From NCBI RefSeq assembly GCF_009914755.1, contig NC_060929.1: 64,000 bases of DNA. One strand, given 5' to 3'. A program made the position numbers and the translations under genes. This DNA comes from the human T2T-CHM13v2.0 reference genome, Homo sapiens. The notes under the pieces are model-generated. The model saw only the letters and a list, made by a program, of their open reading frames with translations, was not told the DNA's origin and searched no databases. Of the stretch, positions 31,801-44,500 are shown one piece after another. Each line of letters begins with the position of its first letter. Within the stretch, counting starts at the first letter, position 1.

Positions 31801-31999
31801 CCCCAGAGCAGGGGAAAGGAGAAAACTGGCTCCTCCATCCCTGACATCACCCACAGTCTCCCAGCCTCCTCTCATCTTGTTTTGTTAAAAATATCTTCCC
31901 TTTTTTTTTTTTTTTTTTTTTTTACCTACTCGAAGAGATGCAGGTTAGGGCAAAGGGACAGGGCATGGGGCTGGGGTTCCCACTTTTTCCAGCACTTAC

Positions 32000-32462
32000 C
32001 TTGCTGCTGATGGCTTCTGGTGTGGGCACAGTTCCAGGCTCTGGACAGTCACCCCCTCCAGGAAGTCCTCCTTACTGCCCTCTCCCAGTTATCAGAAAGA
32101 CTGCTGGTCCCAGAGTGGGTAACAGCTGAGTAGAAGGACAGGCAGGACTGGTGCAGGCTCCTGAAGGCTCAGGAGAACAGAGGGATGGAGGAAGGGGGCT
32201 GCTGTAGGGGAGAGGAGCGGCCCAGCTTCGCCTCACTCCCCAAGCATCCTTCGGGAGGAGCAGAGCCGCCAGAGGGGCCGCCCTGGGTCTGGCTGTCTGC
32301 GTTGGGCAGGGCGAGCACAGGCTGCTGCTGGGCAGCAGGGCTGAGGGGCCGGCTCTCTCCTCCTCCTTGTTGATCTCCTCTCTGGCTCCAAGTTGCTCAC
32401 AGAGCGATCCTGGGTCCCAGATAGGGCGGGCAGTCACTGCTGGCTGCTGGCAGCCTCAGGAG
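32000..32462 (-). other. PDGFRB: PDGFRB exon 1 (non-coding 5'UTR; 5' end approximate)
   Basis: Ends CAGCAGCAAG|gtaagt (strong donor) and joins exon 2 to give ...gcagcaaggacaccATG. Matches my recollection of the PDGFRB mRNA leader; intron 1 is ~18.3 kb. Confidence 0.88.
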
Positions 32463-32600
32463 CTCACACCACTATGGGCTTCCATGCCCCCCCACTTCCC
32501 CCGCCACTTTGGGGGAAAGGCTGCAGGGTGGCTTCTGATTGGCCCAGCTGGGAGAAGGGGGGGCGGCGGGGCAGGGAGGGTGGACGCGTGCGTCTGTTTT
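32463..32600 (-). promoter_or_regulatory. PDGFRB: PDGFRB TATA-less proximal promoter: CCAAT box, GC boxes and G-quadruplex-forming tract
   Basis: ATTGG at 32538-32542 (CCAAT on the minus strand, NF-Y type). GCTGGGAGAAGGGGGGGCGGCGGGGCAGGGAGGGTGGACGC at 32547-32587 has five runs of three or more G. Confidence 0.85.
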
Positions 32601-33574
32601 CAATTTCAGTTTTTTTCCCCCTCTCTCTTTCTTTTCCCCCAAGTTTCTTGTTTTTCTTCTTTTCACTCTGCTTACTCCCTCCCATCGCCCGTTCGCTCAG
32701 GATGTGAGGGGATGCTTAGAAATTCCACAGCCCACGCCAGCCGCCAGCTGCTGAGTCACTTTTGTCAAAGAGTGGCCTCGGCCCCACTTTCCCGATGCCC
32801 ATGTCGGGTGGCGGCCTCCCCTTGCCATGGCACCCAGGGAGATCATTTCTCAGTGCCTCAGTTTCCCCATCTGTAAAGGAGACTCTGATCATCTCTGTGG
32901 TTGATTCAGTCAACCTTCATTCATTGAACAAGCATACTGAGCATTTACTACATTCTAACACTGTACTGGGTGCAGGGGACAGTAGCAAGACGTGGTCCTG
33001 ACCTCAGAAGCACCAGGCTAGTGAGCAAGATATTCATTGGGCAAGCAGGTGCCCGGTCGGCAGACAGGAGGCTGAGAGTGCATTTAGAAGGACCCCTAAC
33101 GGAAGCCTGAGAGAATCAGAGAGCACTGCTGAGAAGAGGTGACATGGAGGAGATGGAAAGATCCTCCAAGATGATCAGCCGTTTTTCAGAAGGACAAACC
33201 AAGGCCCAGGGGTGAATTGGCACAGAGAGGGAATGTGATTTGGTCAAGGTCATCCAGCACAGATTGGATATCTCTGGATATTGACAGATACATTCCTTTT
33301 CACGTCTCAAAGCCCCTGGGGTGCAAGGAGAGGATTATTTGCCCCATTTTATAGATGGGGACACTGAGGCCCAGAGGAGCAAAATAAGCTTCCCAAGCTT
33401 ACGCAGCAATGGCAGAGCTGGGGCAGAACTAGGTCTCATGAGACACATGATGGAAGAGACACAAGTCATCTGACCCCCACCCGAGACCCCTATTCCAGTG
33501 TAGATGAACCCCCTGCCCTGCTTTCTTCCTAGGTTCCCCCTGTGGCTCTTTCATTCAGTCACTCAACAAGATAC

Positions 33575-33881
<307 letters not shown>

Positions 33882-35756
33882 TCAACAAGATACTTTCAAG
33901 TATCCGTTTTGTTCCATTTCCATTCTCTGGCTCTCCTTTCCTACCAGGGTCTGCCAAGACTCCTCCAGTTCCCCCAGCTGGGTCTCTTCTTCCACCCTCA
34001 GCTTCTCAGATCAGAAGACATCTCCAGTTACAGACTCCTAGCCCTCAGATGGCAAAGGGCATTATTTTAGAAGGGCATATAGAGTGGGCTTACCACCCCT
34101 GCTCCCACTACTGCACCCACAGGGCAACTGAATTCCAGAGGGTGAAGAAAGCTGTCCCAGGTGACACAGGTAGAGGCTGGCTCTGCCCTCCTTCCCTCTG
34201 CGCCGCTAAGTCTTTCCTCCTCAGCTTCCCCCAGACCCCTGTTCACAGAGCAGAGGATTTGCGTGAGCTGGGATTCCATGCCCACCACAGTCAACTATCT
34301 TGCATTTCTTGGTCTAGTCCCAATCGGGATTGCCCAGCAGAGCATCTGGGCTGGACCACATAGAAGGAGAAGTGTTCTCAGACTGGTTCCCAGCCACGGG
34401 TTGGGGACCATAAGAGTACCCCGAGAGAGGGGGCCTGGCCAGGTCTTTGTGGCAACAGGGAAATAGGGGAATGTGAAAAGATCCCACAGGCCACAAGGTC
34501 AGGCTTGCACAGGGATTTCTTGTGCCCAAAGATTCCGTCAGAAATTTACGACTCCCCTCCTAGCATCTGCCTGGGCCATTCACCTCTGAATCCTTGGCTG
34601 ACCCTCTGCAGCCAGGCCAGCCTGGGGGAGGCCACGAGACACACCAACCCCCTAGTCCCCAAAGAAGCTAGTCTGGGAGTCAGAAGACCCAGCCACAGAC
34701 TTATCAGGAGAACTTGAATAAGTCCCTTGCCCTGCCTGAGCCTCGGTTTCCCTATTTGTACATAACAGTTGTGGACTCACTGTGCTACAAGGCCCTTGGG
34801 ATGGTCCGTCTGCAATTTCCCTTAGAGCTGGACTCTAGCAAGGGAGAGGAGGCTGGTGGGCCCTAGGGCAGGGGTACAGCTGGGGCCAGAGATGCAGCAC
34901 AAAGGGGAGGGGCAGTTGGCGGTGGCTCCCCTGGGAAGCTGGCGGCCTCCAGTTTCCGGCCAGCCCAGCCGTCCTGAGGCCCATCTGGAATTACTTAGCC
35001 CCTACTGCCATTAACCCTTGGTGGGCACCAGGACTGTCACTCCTCCTCTCAACTGAGATATGGGTGGGAGGTGCAGAGCTACAGGGAGCAACCCAGGGCA
35101 CTCACCAAGGGGCAAAATTGTCATGATTGACAGAGGAGGTTGGAGAGCTAGAGATAGAGCTGGGTTCGAATCCCAGCTGCTCCAGTTTCAAGCTACATGA
35201 GCTTAGGCAAGTCACTTAAACTCCTGGCCTTGGTTTCCTCCTCTGGAAAATGGAGACAAGTCAAAGACTGATTCATAAGACTCTTCGGTTTGTACAAAGG
35301 ACTTAGTACATTGCCTCGAAGTGTACTAAGTGTACACTATTACTGAAATAGTGAGTTTCCTCATTCGAGCAGCATTCCATCACTGTGTCTTCCTGGGCGG
35401 AGCCTCCCTTTTCTGGGTCTTGGATTCCCCTTGTGCACTCTGCCTTCAGCGGCAATGGACGGGGCACATGGGCAGTGCAGCACCATCACCCTGGGGTGGT
35501 CAGCATGGCCCCCAGCCCCACTGTGGACAGGACAAGCTATGAACATCCTCACACCTACACAGATACTGGGAACCCAGTCCAGCCTTGGACAATGCTGTCT
35601 TGGGGAAGCCTGGGCTGAGAGTAGGTGGGCAGAGCATGGAATGTGGGGAGCCCTGCCTGAAGTGGACTGGGATGGGGTACAGTGGGAGAGGGGGGCTCTG
35701 GGCCTTAGGGTTCCACACTGCCTTCCCCCACAGCACGGTGGCACACTCAAGAGTTA

Positions 35757-36320
<564 letters not shown>

Positions 36321-37429
36321 TCATAGAAGTCCACCATCAGGGCTGGAGGGAAGCTCACCAACATGCTCATTACACAGCCGGTATGACTGAGGCCAGTGAT
36401 GGAAAGGAACTTGTGCAAGGCCTTGTGATGTGTCAGCCACAGACTGGGACTGGAACCGAGGCTTTCTGTCTAGACTCATAAGCCCATGCTCTTCCCCAGA
36501 GGAGGGAACCAGGCTGAACAGACCCCCGTGCTAAGACCCCCCTCCCCCACCCACGCTTGTCAGAGCCGGAAGTTGCTGCTCTCAGTGGGGCAGGGGGAGG
36601 GAACCGGAAAGGGAGCCTGAGTGGGAGAATTCCCAGGAGGCCGCTCAGCCCTCACTCAGGCAGGGCAGCGGCCACCACATCTGGCTCTCCCACGCTCCTG
36701 GCTCTGCCCCCACTCCCAGGCTCCCCAGGCAGAGTTGTGGGGTGGGGGTGGGGGGTGATGAGGAAGCAGCACACATACCCCAGGCGCTCACACAGTCATC
36801 TTAGACGTCAGGACCCTAAGATATGTCCCTTCTGCTGGCATGGACACTGAGGCCCAGAGAGTGGAGGGGACTTGTCTGAGGTTCACGGTGGGGCTGAGGG
36901 AAGCTAGAATACAGGACTCCTGATCCCCAGCTCAGTGTCCTTCCACCCATGCATGCCCTGAGCAGAGCACGTAGATCCTTGTGCCTGTGGCTGGGGAGCC
37001 AGAGAGGCACAGAGTGGGAACTGTCCCCCTACCTCCTGGACACTCAGTGTAGTGGCTTTCTGAGTGGGCAAAAGACCAGCAGGGGCCTTGGGCCACATTC
37101 CCTCCCTAGATTCTTAGGACTGTCTTACTGAGCCAGACTGTAGCCACCGAGGTCTGCCAGGGTCCCAGGAGATAAAGGCTTCAAGACACTGCCCATTCAG
37201 CCTCTCCTTGCCCCCTTGCTGGCCTCCCTCTCAGCCCCAGGACCGTGGGCAACTTGAGTGTGTCCATCTGGTACACGCAGATGGCTCATAGATCCCCAGA
37301 AGAGCAGGGCCCTCACCCTCACTGAATACACTGGCTCCTAAGGTCTGGAGAGCACCAGAACTTTTTTGAGGGCACACAGCAGGCCTAGGGTGGGGCCTCT
37401 CCATCTAACACCCAGTTATCACTAAGATA

Positions 37430-37990
37430 ACTGTTCCTCCAACCATCCATCCATGCGATAGAAGTTAATTGAGGACCTACTATGTGCCCTGTCCTCCTGT
37501 CCTCACAGAGTTCACAAGCAAACACCGAGGAAACCACAAATTAATAATATCAAATTGTGATGAGTGTGATGAAAGAGACAAAGAGAATAATGAGCTGGGT
37601 GGATGGGAGTTCTTGTTCAGGTACAATAGGGCTTCTGTGGGGAGGAAGCAGGCCTGTGAGGCCACACACATTCAGGAGTAGGAACAGTGTTCGAGGCAGG
37701 GGGAAAAGCATCTGCAAAAGCTTGGAGGCCAGAGAGATCTTGATGGGTTCGAACAAAGAGAAAAGAATGGTTGAGGCAGAGAGCCGGCAGTGGGATGGAA
37801 GATTGGAGAGGTGGTCAGTGGCCAGGCATCAGGGCTTTGTGGGCTCGAGGGAGTCTGACTTTTATCCTGAGGGTCAGTAGGGGCCACTGCAGGATTTTAA
37901 ACAGGGGACTGATGAGACCAGGTCACCCAAGTGCACTGTGGAGGATGGACGAAAGGGGGCAGGAGGGAGGCATGGGACGAGTGTGGAGGC
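37430..37990 (+). mobile_element. L2 fragment
   Basis: ggaacagtgttcgaggcagggggaaaagcatctgcaaaagcttggagg and gacttttatcctgaggg...gccactgcaggattttaaacagggg are typical L2 words. Confidence 0.6.
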
Positions 37991-38378
37991 TGCAGTGGCC
38001 GATCATGGACTGAACACTGCACACACACACACCCGTACTCCGTGCTGCCCCCAACTCTTTATCCACCTGAGAGGCTGCAGGAATGCATCTCAACAGGGAG
38101 TTTGGGCTTCTGTGTCCCAGCCTGTGCCTGGCCACTTGACTCACAGTATGGCCTTTTTCCTTCCCTGGCCTCTGTACCCTCCTCAGCACGGTGGGTCAGA
38201 CACAGTGCTTCTCTGATAAGGACATCTATGCCCTGGGCCTCTGGTTCTAGCATCCCCTCTACTACCTAAGTGTCTGTGTCCTGGGGACTGCCACCCTTCC
38301 CTACCCCTCTGTTTCCCTAGGATAATCAGTGGCATCCGGGCATTACTGAGACAAGGCAACAGTACGGCGAGTCCTCCA

Positions 38379-38408
38379 GCAGTACCCAGGAGTGCCAGCA
38401 GGTGGCGG
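38379..38408 (+). promoter_or_regulatory. Candidate CTCF site with upstream motif
   Basis: Core CCAGCAGGTGGCGG (38395-38408) fits CCASYAGRKGGCRS; GCAGTACCC (38379-38387) resembles the upstream module. Motif evidence only. Confidence 0.65.
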
Positions 38409-39358
38409 CCCCAGCCCCTGGAGGGGTAGGAGGAGAAGAAAGGTGTTGGGAGGAGAGAGGCCTCTGGAAGGCAAAGATGCCTCACAGGAGTCCCCCGCAT
38501 CTGTCCCTACCTGGAGGTGGGCAGGGCAGGAATTAAGATCCCCGATTCTGAGGTGGAAGCAGGGACTCAGAGAGGGGAGTTAATGTGTCCAAGGTCACAG
38601 AGCGAGACTAAGGCTTGGCTGGGATGGGCCCCCCATCCAAAGCCCTTGGACTACAGTCCAGAGAGAGCTTCAAGAGGCTGGCAGTGCAGTGCAGTGGGCC
38701 TAACACTGGCCCTGGTGCCCACCAGCTTCTCTTAGGCAAACTATTTGCAACAGAAAGCTGAGCCCAGAAACTTTTCTCTTCTAGGGCCATAAACCTGATT
38801 GAAAAACCAAGTTATCACTAAGATCTTTATGAGGCCATCAGCTCTGTGCCCCACCCCAGGAGGCCCCGGCTGGGTGTGTGAGAGCAGCCTGGAGGGAGGG
38901 CTTCCAGGGGGAAGAGGGGCCTACCCAGGAGCCAGAGGAAGGAGGGGTCCAATAAACAGCCACTCCTAGGGGCAGGCGATATCAGAGAGGAAGAGGCTGC
39001 CCACAGGACAGGGTAGACAGGGCCTTCTCCACGCACAGAGCCATGCTGGACTGCTATCCCAGTCCCAGAGAGCACAGGGGGAGACTGAGGCCCAGGGGCT
39101 CAGGGTCACAAGGCGAGTCCGAAGCCAAGGTGGGAAGACCTGCAATTTCAGACTCCCAGCCTGGGTCATTTAAACAAGGTTACAGTGTCCTGGTTGGGGG
39201 GAAACTGGGGATGCCACATCGGGGCTGGCTCAGGACTTCTACAGGGGGTCCACCTAGGGTTGAGGGCAAAGGGAGAGCAGAGGCTTTTTTGCATGAAGAA
39301 ATCAGAGGAGGAAGAGGAACCAGCTATTTGTTTAAGCAAAATCCCAACTAACAAACTA

Positions 39359-39748
<390 letters not shown>

Positions 39749-41697
39749 CTAGGATATTGACTTCTGTGTGACTTCAGGCAGATGACTTTGCTTCTCTGAG
39801 CTCCAGCTTCCTCCCTGCAAAATGGGGCTAACAATCAACCCCACCTCGTTGTGCTGCTGTGAGGAGGAACTGAGATAACACATGCAAAGGGCTTGGGATG
39901 ATGCCTGGCACTTAGTAAATGCTTAATACACAGCAGTGCTATTGTTGTTGTTATTATTACTCCAGCAAAATGTCAAGGGCCAAACCCTGAAATCTCAGAG
40001 AGAACTGAGCTAGGAGTCAGAAAGCCTAGTACAGGGGAATCCACAGAAGTGTGGGGGCCCAATCCAGGATGTGTCCGTGGAGTGGGAGGGACATCCACCC
40101 TGGGAGGGCACACTACTAAGGGGACCACAGAGCAGCTGGAGGGGCTCCCCAGGTCGTGCGGGTCCCTGGCTCTGCCCTCTGCCTGATCAGGACAACAGAC
40201 TTTGCTCCGCTGGGAAGGGACTGCCGCTTTGGCCCCCATCTCTCAGCCACCACCTAGTTCTGGCCACCATCTCCACCACTCCTGGACCCCTTCCCGGCTT
40301 CCTGCTGCTCTCTGGCGCCCCGCCTCTCCTCTGGCTCATTCTCCACACACCAGCCACAGCTGTCTTCCCGCCACTGCCCTCCGCCACTCTACCCCTAGAT
40401 AATACCCTTCCACACCCTCATCAGGCTTGTCCCACCAGGGCCTGCTCTGCCCCTTGCCGGACTCCTCTCTTGCCCCTACCACTCCAGACTGGCCTTTAAG
40501 TGCTAAGGGAACAAGTGTCCCCTCGGGCCTCAGGGCCTCTGTTCATACTGACCCTTGACCCCTGCCGCCCTTCCCCACTCCCCAGGGCCTTGACTCACGT
40601 GTCACTTCCTCCTGCAAGTCTTCCCTGACTCCTCCCTCTGGGTCAAATCTCCCTATTCCTGGCCCTTGCCAAGATGTAACTTTACCTTTATTTGTGATTA
40701 TTTGATTCATACCTGTCCACCCCCGCCAGACCCCAACTGTAATTACTGCAAGGGCAGGGCCTCACTCAGTACCTAACATAGTGTCAGCACAAAGGAGGTG
40801 TGTTAATAATATATATTTTTCAAATAAATAAATACATAAAGAAATGAATTTGCATGCCTATTTCCAACCTTTAAGCCTACCATTTAGGCCTGACAGAGCA
40901 TACTCTTGAAACTAGAGGGCACTTAGAGAGCACCCTTCCCCCGGGATAGGCATCCTTTCCCCCAGCATCCCTAACGTGAGACTGACCTCCAGCACTCACT
41001 TACATACCTCCTGTGATCATGAGCTCACTCTCTCTCATGACAGCCCATTTCCTGACAGATGGCCCCTTACAGAGCACTTTCTTACATATGGGTGGGCTGA
41101 AATCCACATCTGTAGCCTGCAGTTTCCTCCCTGAGGTCCCAAGTCTGCCCTGTCTTCCTCCCCAGACTCAGACCCCACTCCAGGTTTTCTCTTCCTTCAG
41201 TCCAAGCAGTCCCAGTTCTCTCAGCTCAGAAAGTGGAGTTCAGTCCTCTTGGGCCTCTTCTCCCTCCTCTGTGTACTTGCCAGTTTCCCACCAATCCCTT
41301 GAAAACTTGAGTCCTAAGCAGAGCCCAGAGCTCCAGAGAAACATTTCAGCACCGCATCCACTTCCTGACCTGGGAAAGTGGGATCTTCCCTGCTGAGGCA
41401 GCCATGTGCTCATCTGTGTCATGTGCTGATCCACACACATGTGGACAGCCATGTGCTCCTGCAAGGTAGCCAAGGGCTCCACCCGGTCAGCAACAGCCAG
41501 GATTTCCCTTCCCCTCTCCTACAAGCAGCCTTCATGTTGCAGCAAACACTGGGCATTACTCCTTTCCTTTCTGAGCCTCAATGCTTCTACCTGTGCAATG
41601 GAAAGGGTTCCTCTGAGCAGGAAGCGGAGGGAGCCCTGTGCTGGCTGAGTCTCTGGCTCTATCACATATCAGAGCCCCAGAAGAGCAAGAGTCTCAC

Positions 41698-41875
41698 CAG
41701 GGCCAGCTTCCCAGGCGGGTCACCATTGCAGTCACACAGAGCCCAGTGTGTGGAAGGGCCCCAGGCTCAGGTGAATGCTCTGCTGCCACCATCCTGAAAT
41801 CCTTAATCATTTTTGAACAAGGGACCTTATATTTTTTATTTTGCTCCCGGCCCTGCAAATTATGTCCTGATCCCG
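41698..41875 (+). mobile_element. MER45A-like hAT DNA transposon
   Basis: cagggccagcttc...aatgctctgctgccaccatcctgaaatccttaatcatttttgaacaaggg...ccctgcaaattatgt; ~178 bp; matches my recollection of MER45A. Confidence 0.75.
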
Positions 41876-42309
41876 AAACATCTGCCCAGCCCTGAGATGA
41901 TACTGACCAGCCCCCGGCTAATATGGTGACCCAAGAGAGAGACGGGTTGAACAGATAAGACCCTGATTCTGACCTTCTTCTGGGGACCACACATCCCTGC
42001 ACAATGAGAGGAACCCAGGAAATGTGGGCCCATCCAATCCCACAGGGTGCTTCTGCACAGCTCCCTGGCACAAAGCCCTTGTGGGGAGGGACCCCATCTG
42101 ACTTCCTGACCCAGAGCCCTGTCCTTCATGCACCCTTCCCCAAATCCCTCAGCCTTGTCCCCACTCCCAGTTCACTGACACCCCCTCAAGTGTTCCCAGC
42201 CCCCACTCCCCCTTAGGTAGCTATGAAATGTTTGCCAGTCCTTCATATGGAGTGGAGGAACACGTGATGCATTTAAAATCCCAAGGGGGCTCCAGCCATA
42301 ATAAATGGA

Positions 42310-42674
42310 TCAGGGCTTTTGGATCCCGATTCACACAAACAGACTGCTAAAAAGACATTTTTGAATCAATTGGAGTACTTTGAATACGAACTGTGTGTTA
42401 GGTAATACCCAGGAATTTGTGTTAATTTTGCTAGATGTGATAATGGCATATTATGTAAGAAAATGTCCATGTGTTTTAGAGATGCGTGCTGAAGTATGTA
42501 GGGGTAAAATGACATGATGTCTGGAATTTGTTTTAAAATACTTCAGAAAAGCGGGGAGTAGGTGAAATAAGTGTGACAAAACCTTAATAGTTGTTGAAGC
42601 GGGGTGATGGGTACACAGCAGTTCATTATACAATTCTACTTTTGTGTATGCTTGAAACCTCTCAATTAAAAAAA
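42310..42674 (+). mobile_element. Ancient L1 (L1M-type) 3' end
   Basis: AT-rich; gggtgatgggtacacagcagttcattatacaattctacttttgtgtatgcttgaaa...aattaaaaaaa is a typical L1M 3' terminus. Confidence 0.75.
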
Positions 42675-42744
42675 GAGGGTAGAGAGTCATCAAGATAATT
42701 TACTAAAAGTTTCCTGTAATGTCCCCAGAAGACCCCCCTAACTC

Positions 42745-42770
42745 ACACACACACACACCCACACACACAC
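42745..42770. repeat. Interrupted (CA)n microsatellite upstream of CDX1
   Basis: cacacacacacacacccacacacacac. Confidence 0.85.
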
Positions 42771-42894
42771 TGCCTTTTGAGAACTTTCTCTAGAAGGCCA
42801 ACCCAGGCAGTCCCCCAACTGTAAGGAAGACTCGTGTATGTATGTGCATATGTGCATTTCCCCAGGGAAAAACATCCACAGCTTCCATGACGAG

Positions 42895-42910
42895 AGGGGT
42901 CGTGACCCCT
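42895..42910. promoter_or_regulatory. CDX1: Palindromic nuclear-receptor element upstream of CDX1 (candidate atypical RARE)
   Basis: AGGGGTC-GT-GACCCCT inverted repeat, i.e. GGGTCG/TGACCC half-sites in IR0 arrangement. Cdx1 is an established direct retinoic-acid target. Confidence 0.65.
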
Positions 42911-43272
42911 CCCCGCCAAAAGATTAAGGACCTGCGATCCTACAGACCGGAGCCCTGTTTGAAGTCTGCGTTGCCCCTCACCTCAAGCTGGTCACTGTGT
43001 GAAGTTGGCCTAGAATCCCCCGGCCCCTGGGAGCTTGTTCCTCCGCCTGTAAAATGGGGCTGCAGGGCCGTCCACGCGGCCACCGGAAGGACAAGGTGTT
43101 CAGGCCGCTAGGCCGCTCCCTGGCAAGCGATTCCCACTCGCAGCGCGGCCTCGACCCTCGCCCAAGACGCGCCCTCCGCGCCCCCACCCCCTCCAGGCCC
43201 TGGCCAGTCCACCTCCCGCTTGGGGCGGCAATTTGTCTCCTTTTGAACCCCCCGCCCCCGACGGGTTTCCCC

Positions 43273-43358
43273 CTTTGATTCGCGGCCCGGAGGCTTCCCC
43301 CCGCTTTGAAATGCAAACCCGCCTCGGCTGGGGCCGCGGGCGGCCCGGAGCTATAAAA
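43273..43358 (+). promoter_or_regulatory. CDX1: CDX1 proximal promoter: two TCF/LEF sites and TATA box
   Basis: CTTTGAT 43273-43279, CTTTGAA 43304-43310 and TATAAAA 43352-43358, predicting a TSS at ~43380-43400. Cdx1 is an established direct Wnt/beta-catenin target. Confidence 0.85.
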
Positions 43359-43480
43359 GGCCTGGGTGGGGCGGGCGCGGCGGCAGGACAGCCGAGTTCA
43401 GGTGAGCGGTTGCTCGTCGTCGGGGCGGCCGGCAGCGGCGGCTCCAGGGCCCAGCATGCGCGGGGGGCCCCGCGGCCACC

Positions 43481-43925
43481 ATGTATGTGGGCTATGTGCT
43501 GGACAAGGATTCGCCCGTGTACCCCGGCCCAGCCAGGCCAGCCAGCCTCGGCCTGGGCCCGCAAGCCTACGGCCCCCCGGCCCCGCCCCCGGCGCCCCCG
43601 CAGTACCCCGACTTCTCCAGCTACTCTCACGTGGAGCCGGCCCCCGCGCCCCCGACGGCCTGGGGGGCGCCCTTCCCTGCGCCCAAGGACGACTGGGCCG
43701 CCGCCTACGGCCCGGGCCCCGCGGCCCCTGCCGCCAGCCCAGCTTCGCTGGCATTCGGGCCCCCTCCAGACTTTAGCCCGGTGCCGGCGCCCCCTGGGCC
43801 CGGCCCGGGCCTCCTGGCGCAGCCCCTCGGGGGCCCGGGCACACCGTCCTCGCCCGGAGCGCAGAGGCGGACGCCCTACGAGTGGATGCGGCGCAGCGTG
43901 GCGGCCGGAGGCGGCGGTGGCAGCG
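43481..43925 (+). CDS. CDX1: CDX1 exon 1 coding part (caudal activation domain, YEWM hexapeptide)
   Basis: gccaccATG; MYVGYVLDKDSPVYPGP...TPYEWMRRSVAAGGGGGS; donor G|gtaagg; 445 nt. Confidence 0.98.
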
Positions 43926-44500
43926 GTAAGGACCCTTCCCTCGCCCTGCGCCTCTGGACCTGCAGGTGCTCGGGCGCGGCCCAGGCCGCCCCCTGTCTGA
44001 CCTCTGCTCCGGCCCTGCTCGGGTTCCCGGGAGTGTGGCCCTCCTGTCCACTCTCGCCCTGGGGGGCTGCTCTTTGGCTCCCTCTCCTCAGTCTCAGGCT
44101 ATCGGAGCCTTCAGCAGCACAGCCTAACCCTCTCTCTGTACAGATAGGGAAACCGAGACCCCCTGCGAAGTGCGGAAATGCGCCTGCGGCCGCGGAGCAA
44201 GACCCGAACTAGAACGCAGGCTCCCAGACTCGTGTCCCACACTCATTTAGCAACACCGACTCCGTGCTCTTCATCTGCTTCTTCCACTCCTAACCCAGCC
44301 CTAGGCAAAGGCGGCAGGTTCGCCCCAGAAGGGACGATTAACTAACTGTGTGAACAGGGCAGGTGACTTTCCTGGCCAGGGCTGGGTCTCCCCATCACAC
44401 AGTCAAGACATTGCTGGGTCATATCCTTCAGGCTGAAAAAGAGCCCTCTTTGGCCAGACTGGGGCAAGGGGTCTGTACCTTACCTTCTCAGGGTCCTCCC

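Larger units (their letters stand above)
43070..44230. other. CDX1: CpG island over CDX1 promoter and exon 1
   Basis: Visibly very GC- and CpG-dense compared with the CpG-poor flanks; limits approximate. Confidence 0.9.

Noticed and set aside
43100-44000. Long ORFs 43233-44000 (+) and 43100-43630 (-) over the CDX1 CpG island
   Set aside because: Expected in very GC-rich DNA; the plus-strand one starts upstream of the TATA box, and neither has a recognisable product.
43926-44212. 243-aa read-through ORF as the CDX1 protein or a truncated isoform
   Set aside because: The donor at 43925 is strong and the homeodomain lies in exons 2-3; I saw no nearby canonical polyA signal.
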